Origin: Eledone cirrhosa
Lineage: Eukaryota
Direction of reading: 5' to 3'
Assembly: GCA_964016885.1 (NCBI GenBank)
Contig: OZ024740.1
Coordinates: 2,108,001 to 2,172,000, forward strand
DNA length: 64,000 bases
This document shows, piece after piece, positions 60,919-64,000 of the stretch. Under the pieces are notes generated by a model. The model saw nothing but the letters and a program-made list of their open reading frames with translations, was not told the DNA's origin and did not search any database. Both the position numbers and the translations under genes were made by a program. Numbering within the stretch: position 1 is the stretch's first letter; each line of letters begins with the position of its first letter.

Positions 60919-63050
60919 TGTAGCGGTTGTCTCCCTTGTTTTGATTGGGATCTAGACGGGAAGTAGAACCCTTTCTGCAACTTCCGGTCAGAACCCTATA
61001 AAACTAACAACTTTAAGCTCCCTAACTCTCTTTTTGCCTTTTCGGCACCAGGTCAAGAGCCTTCTCATTCGGCTCTGCCATTCATTTGGCCAACAGGCGC
61101 CTGGCCTTAGCCAGGCGTCCTCTGCCAGCCGCGTTTGCCTGGCAATCAAAACGGTAACTACTAACTTTGTTTCATTCTAACATCTATCTTTGACATGTCA
61201 ACTATACTATCTACCATTGTTAATTAAATATTCTACACACAAACCATGTCTCGTTTTGTTACATTCATACAACCCAGTAATATCGCTATATTGGTGACCC
61301 CGACGTGATACGAACACGCAGCCGTTCATCGCTATAAGTGGTCACCCCCCCCCCCCAAAAAAAAAAGAAAAAATAGCACATTTGTGAGTAACATTACGAA
61401 TACACAGCAAATTTAGCGACAGACTATGAAAATACTCAAGGACACGCACACACGCACATGTGGAATTCGCACAGACAGACTTTTTCTCTCACGCATCAAT
61501 TAACTGTCGCATTTCACCAATATATATATATGTTTCTCGTTTCTTACAACGAACACTTTCAAAAAAAAAAAAAAAAAAAAAAAAAAACATTTCACGATAT
61601 ATATATATGTTTCTCGTTTCTTACAACGAACTCTTTCAAAACACACAAAAAAAAAAAGAAATTTGATATTCTTTAAAAAACATTTCAACAGGAACATTTA
61701 TTTTCGATGAACCATTGCCTTTTTGTTCATCGTTTTCTTCATCGTTCAAGTTTTTTGTTTTTTTCCAAAGTTCACACCAATAATTATGCTGAGTGAAGCC
61801 TTTCTTTTTCATCATTGTCACTTTCAAAATTGCACTATCATTTTCTCGCGCGTTAGAAATATTATTTTTTTCAACCTTGTATTGGCACGTGTAGGCAGCA
61901 TAAATTCTCGATTCACAGAGATGTCTCTACTCACAGACAGCCGCACGCCAGAGATAACATTTCTCACCAGGGATTCTTCAGCCTTAAGCTATATTCTTCT
62001 ATTTTCCGGTTTATAAATTTACAATGTAAATTTACCGTTGATAACCGCGCATTTATTAAGAATGCTTATTTCTCTGGTCGCTGGCCTCTTGACCCTTCCA
62101 GGTCAACGCATTCTCAACATCGACCATCAACTTCGGCTGCTATTTCTAGCACTTTGCGCAACTCATTTTTTCTAAAAAAAAATTTTTTACTGTGAATTTA
62201 AACATCGAATACGCTCACTCAGCGAGACAACAGCAGCAGCAACAGCAATATAACAGCAACAGCAATACATCAATACAGCTTCACCAAAGCCAGAGAATTC
62301 ATTTTTGCAGCACTCTTCCTGTGAGAAAATCCATTCGGAGGTTGGAAATTTCACGATATACCACAGAACAGAAACCACCTGCATTCATTCTCTGGAACAC
62401 ACTTTCTTTCCTGCTGTCATGTGATTGCACACCTGTGAACTATATTTTGAACTTTGAGCTCTTCTATTACTTTTACTTTATTACATTGTATCTTTGGGTG
62501 ATGGATAGATGGATGTCCAGTCGTTCTCTGGCCAAGAGCGGTTGGCTACCTTGATATCTATCATTGATTTTTCCAAACATTCTTTTGTCGTAATTTTCAT
62601 GCCTGTTACAACATTCTCGCCAACTTGCTGCATATTTTCATTTCGATTTTTATACACTAAAATTCTGGCGGGAGGTTATGTAGCGGTTGTCTCCCTTGTT
62701 TTGATTGGGATCTAGACGGGAAGTAGAACCCTTTCTGCAACTTCCGGTCAGAACCCTATAAAACTAACAACTTTAAGCTCCCTAACTCTCTTTTTGCCTT
62801 TTCGGCACCAGGTCAAGAGCCTTCTCATTCGGCTCTGCCATTCATTTGGCCAACAGGCGCCTGGCCTTAGCCAGGCGTCCTCTGCCAGCCGCGTTTGCCT
62901 GGCAATCAAAACGGTAACTACTAACTTTGTTTCATTCTAACATCTATCTTTGACATGTCAAGTATACTATCTACCATTGTTAATTAAATATTCTACACAC
63001 AAACCATGTCTCGTTTTGTTACATTCATACAACCCAGTAATATCGCTATA
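60919..63050 (+). mobile_element. Non-autonomous LTR retrotransposon (Gypsy-type, TRIM/LARD-like), 2132 bp
   Basis: LTRs at 60919-61290 and 62679-63050 (372 bp, one difference seen: C61202/G62962). TSD GAGT at 60915-60918 and 63051-63054. PBS at 61292, PPT-like GGCGGGAGG at 62667-62675. No gag/pol ORF. Confidence 0.93.
61292..61323 (+). promoter_or_regulatory. Primer binding site complementary to the tRNA-Trp 3' end (18 nt canonical, extended to 32 nt)
   Basis: TGGTGACCCCGACGTGAT-A-CGAACACGCAGCC versus the reverse complement of metazoan tRNA-Trp(CCA) ...GGCTGCGTGTTCGAATCACGTCGGGGTCACCA (tRNA sequence from memory). Confidence 0.88.
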
Positions 63051-63340
63051 GAGTTGTCTTTTCTTTGAAAGATCTCTAGTACAACTAGCTGTATGATACA
63101 TCTTGTTTAATATTTAAACATTCTTAATTACTCCTTTGTCATCTCAACCATATACTTGTCTATCTAAATATATACCAATTTTTTAAATAGATGCCTGTCT
63201 CATTGATACGTAAATGCCATTTTTTTTTCTGATTCCCAGTCAGATAATCTGTCCTTTATATACCCTGCTGTCTTATAAACTAATGTTACCTTGCCATCTT
63301 ACCTGTCTATTTGAATATATACCAGTTTCTCAATATATAT

Positions 63341-63390
63341 CATCATCATTGTTTAACGTCTATCTTCCACGCTAGTATGGGTTAGACGGG
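63341..63390 (-). mobile_element. RTE-type 3' tail fragment
   Basis: CATCATCATTGTTTAACGTCTATCTTCCACGCTAGTATGGGT is the approximate reverse complement of the tail at 1967-2010. Confidence 0.7.
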
Positions 63391-63427
63391 AATTGTCCCA
63401 CTTGAGGCACGATTGATCGGGTGACTA

Positions 63428-63568
63428 ATGTTTAATATAGAAATGGCTTCTACAGGACTAGAACTGTTTCATTCAAAAGAAATAATCAGGAAAGCCCAGG
63501 GTGTACCCGATGATTTCTTTTGAATGAAACAGTTCTAGTCCTGTAGAAGCCATTTCTATATTAAACAT
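63428..63568. repeat. Perfect 56-bp inverted repeat with a 29-bp spacer
   Basis: 63428-63483 (ATGTTTAATATAGAAATGGCTTCTACAGGACTAGAACTGTTTCATTCAAAAGAAAT) is the reverse complement of 63513-63568. Confidence 0.95.
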
Positions 63569-63671
63569 GATGTTTATACTCTACTAATGTATTGAGTACC
63601 TTACCTATTGTGGTTACGCCTGATTGAACCTGGGGCTCACATATATATGTCTCATGGGTACTTCATTGCTA

Positions 63672-64000
63672 ACAACCACAACCACCACCACAACCACCAC
63701 CACCACAACCACCACCACCACAACCACCACCACCACCGCTACCACATCCACAACCACCACCACCACCACTACCACCACCACAACCACCACCACTACCACC
63801 ACCACCACTACCACATCCACAACCACCACCACCACCACTACCACCACCACAACCACCACCACTACCACCACCACCACTACCACATCCACCACCACCACCA
63901 CCACTACCACAACCACCACCACAACCACCACCACCACCACCACCACCACCACCACCACCACAACCACCACCACCACAACCACCACCACTACCACCACTAC
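63672..64000. repeat. Degenerate (ACC)n trinucleotide tract, running off the window end
   Basis: ACC/ACA/ACT triplets are directly visible. Confidence 0.95.

Noticed and set aside
61292-61323. tRNA-Trp gene on the minus strand
   Set aside because: Only the 3' 32 nt are present, they include the post-transcriptional CCA, and they sit 1 nt after the LTR, so this is a PBS.
61800-62170. pogo/Tigger transposase fragment inside the LTR element
   Set aside because: Only a vague resemblance (DVENALTW.., LKKII) with several stops and no DDD or HTH motif that can be confirmed by eye. It needs BLASTX.
63614-63997. 127-aa poly-Val ORF (or a poly-Thr mucin-like reading on the plus strand)
   Set aside because: It is a trinucleotide microsatellite at the window edge with no supporting non-repetitive coding context.

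Overview
AT-rich eukaryotic genomic DNA made almost entirely of repeats. The tRNA-derived SINEs, RTE-LINE tails and dense microsatellites look like coleoid cephalopod (octopus-type) DNA, which is an inference from repeat style. No intact host gene is recognisable. Bases 1-7480 hold decayed SINEs, an RTE and a probable R4/Dong LINE 3' fragment, a piggyBac-type MITE and minisatellites. Bases ~7481-53262 are one ~45.8-kb G/T-rich satellite (core TAGTATGTGGTGTG[TG]) with nested higher-order duplications; the long His/Thr/Tyr/Pro ORFs there are artefacts. Most of the structure lies in 53.4-64 kb. (i) A probable ~4.4-kb minus-strand Helitron-like composite has a duplicated 267-bp A|TC end, a CTAG|T end present as a 175-bp inverted pair around a PHD-finger LINE-ORF1-like fragment, and an ORF with a 2A-like motif (GCVELNPGP). 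(ii) A 40-bp minisatellite is built from telomere-like hexamers. (iii) A young non-autonomous Gypsy-type LTR element (372-bp LTRs, 1 mismatch, GAGT TSD) has a tRNA-Trp PBS extended to 32 nt, with its only mismatch opposite tRNA position 58. (iv) There is a perfect 56-bp hairpin near the right end.
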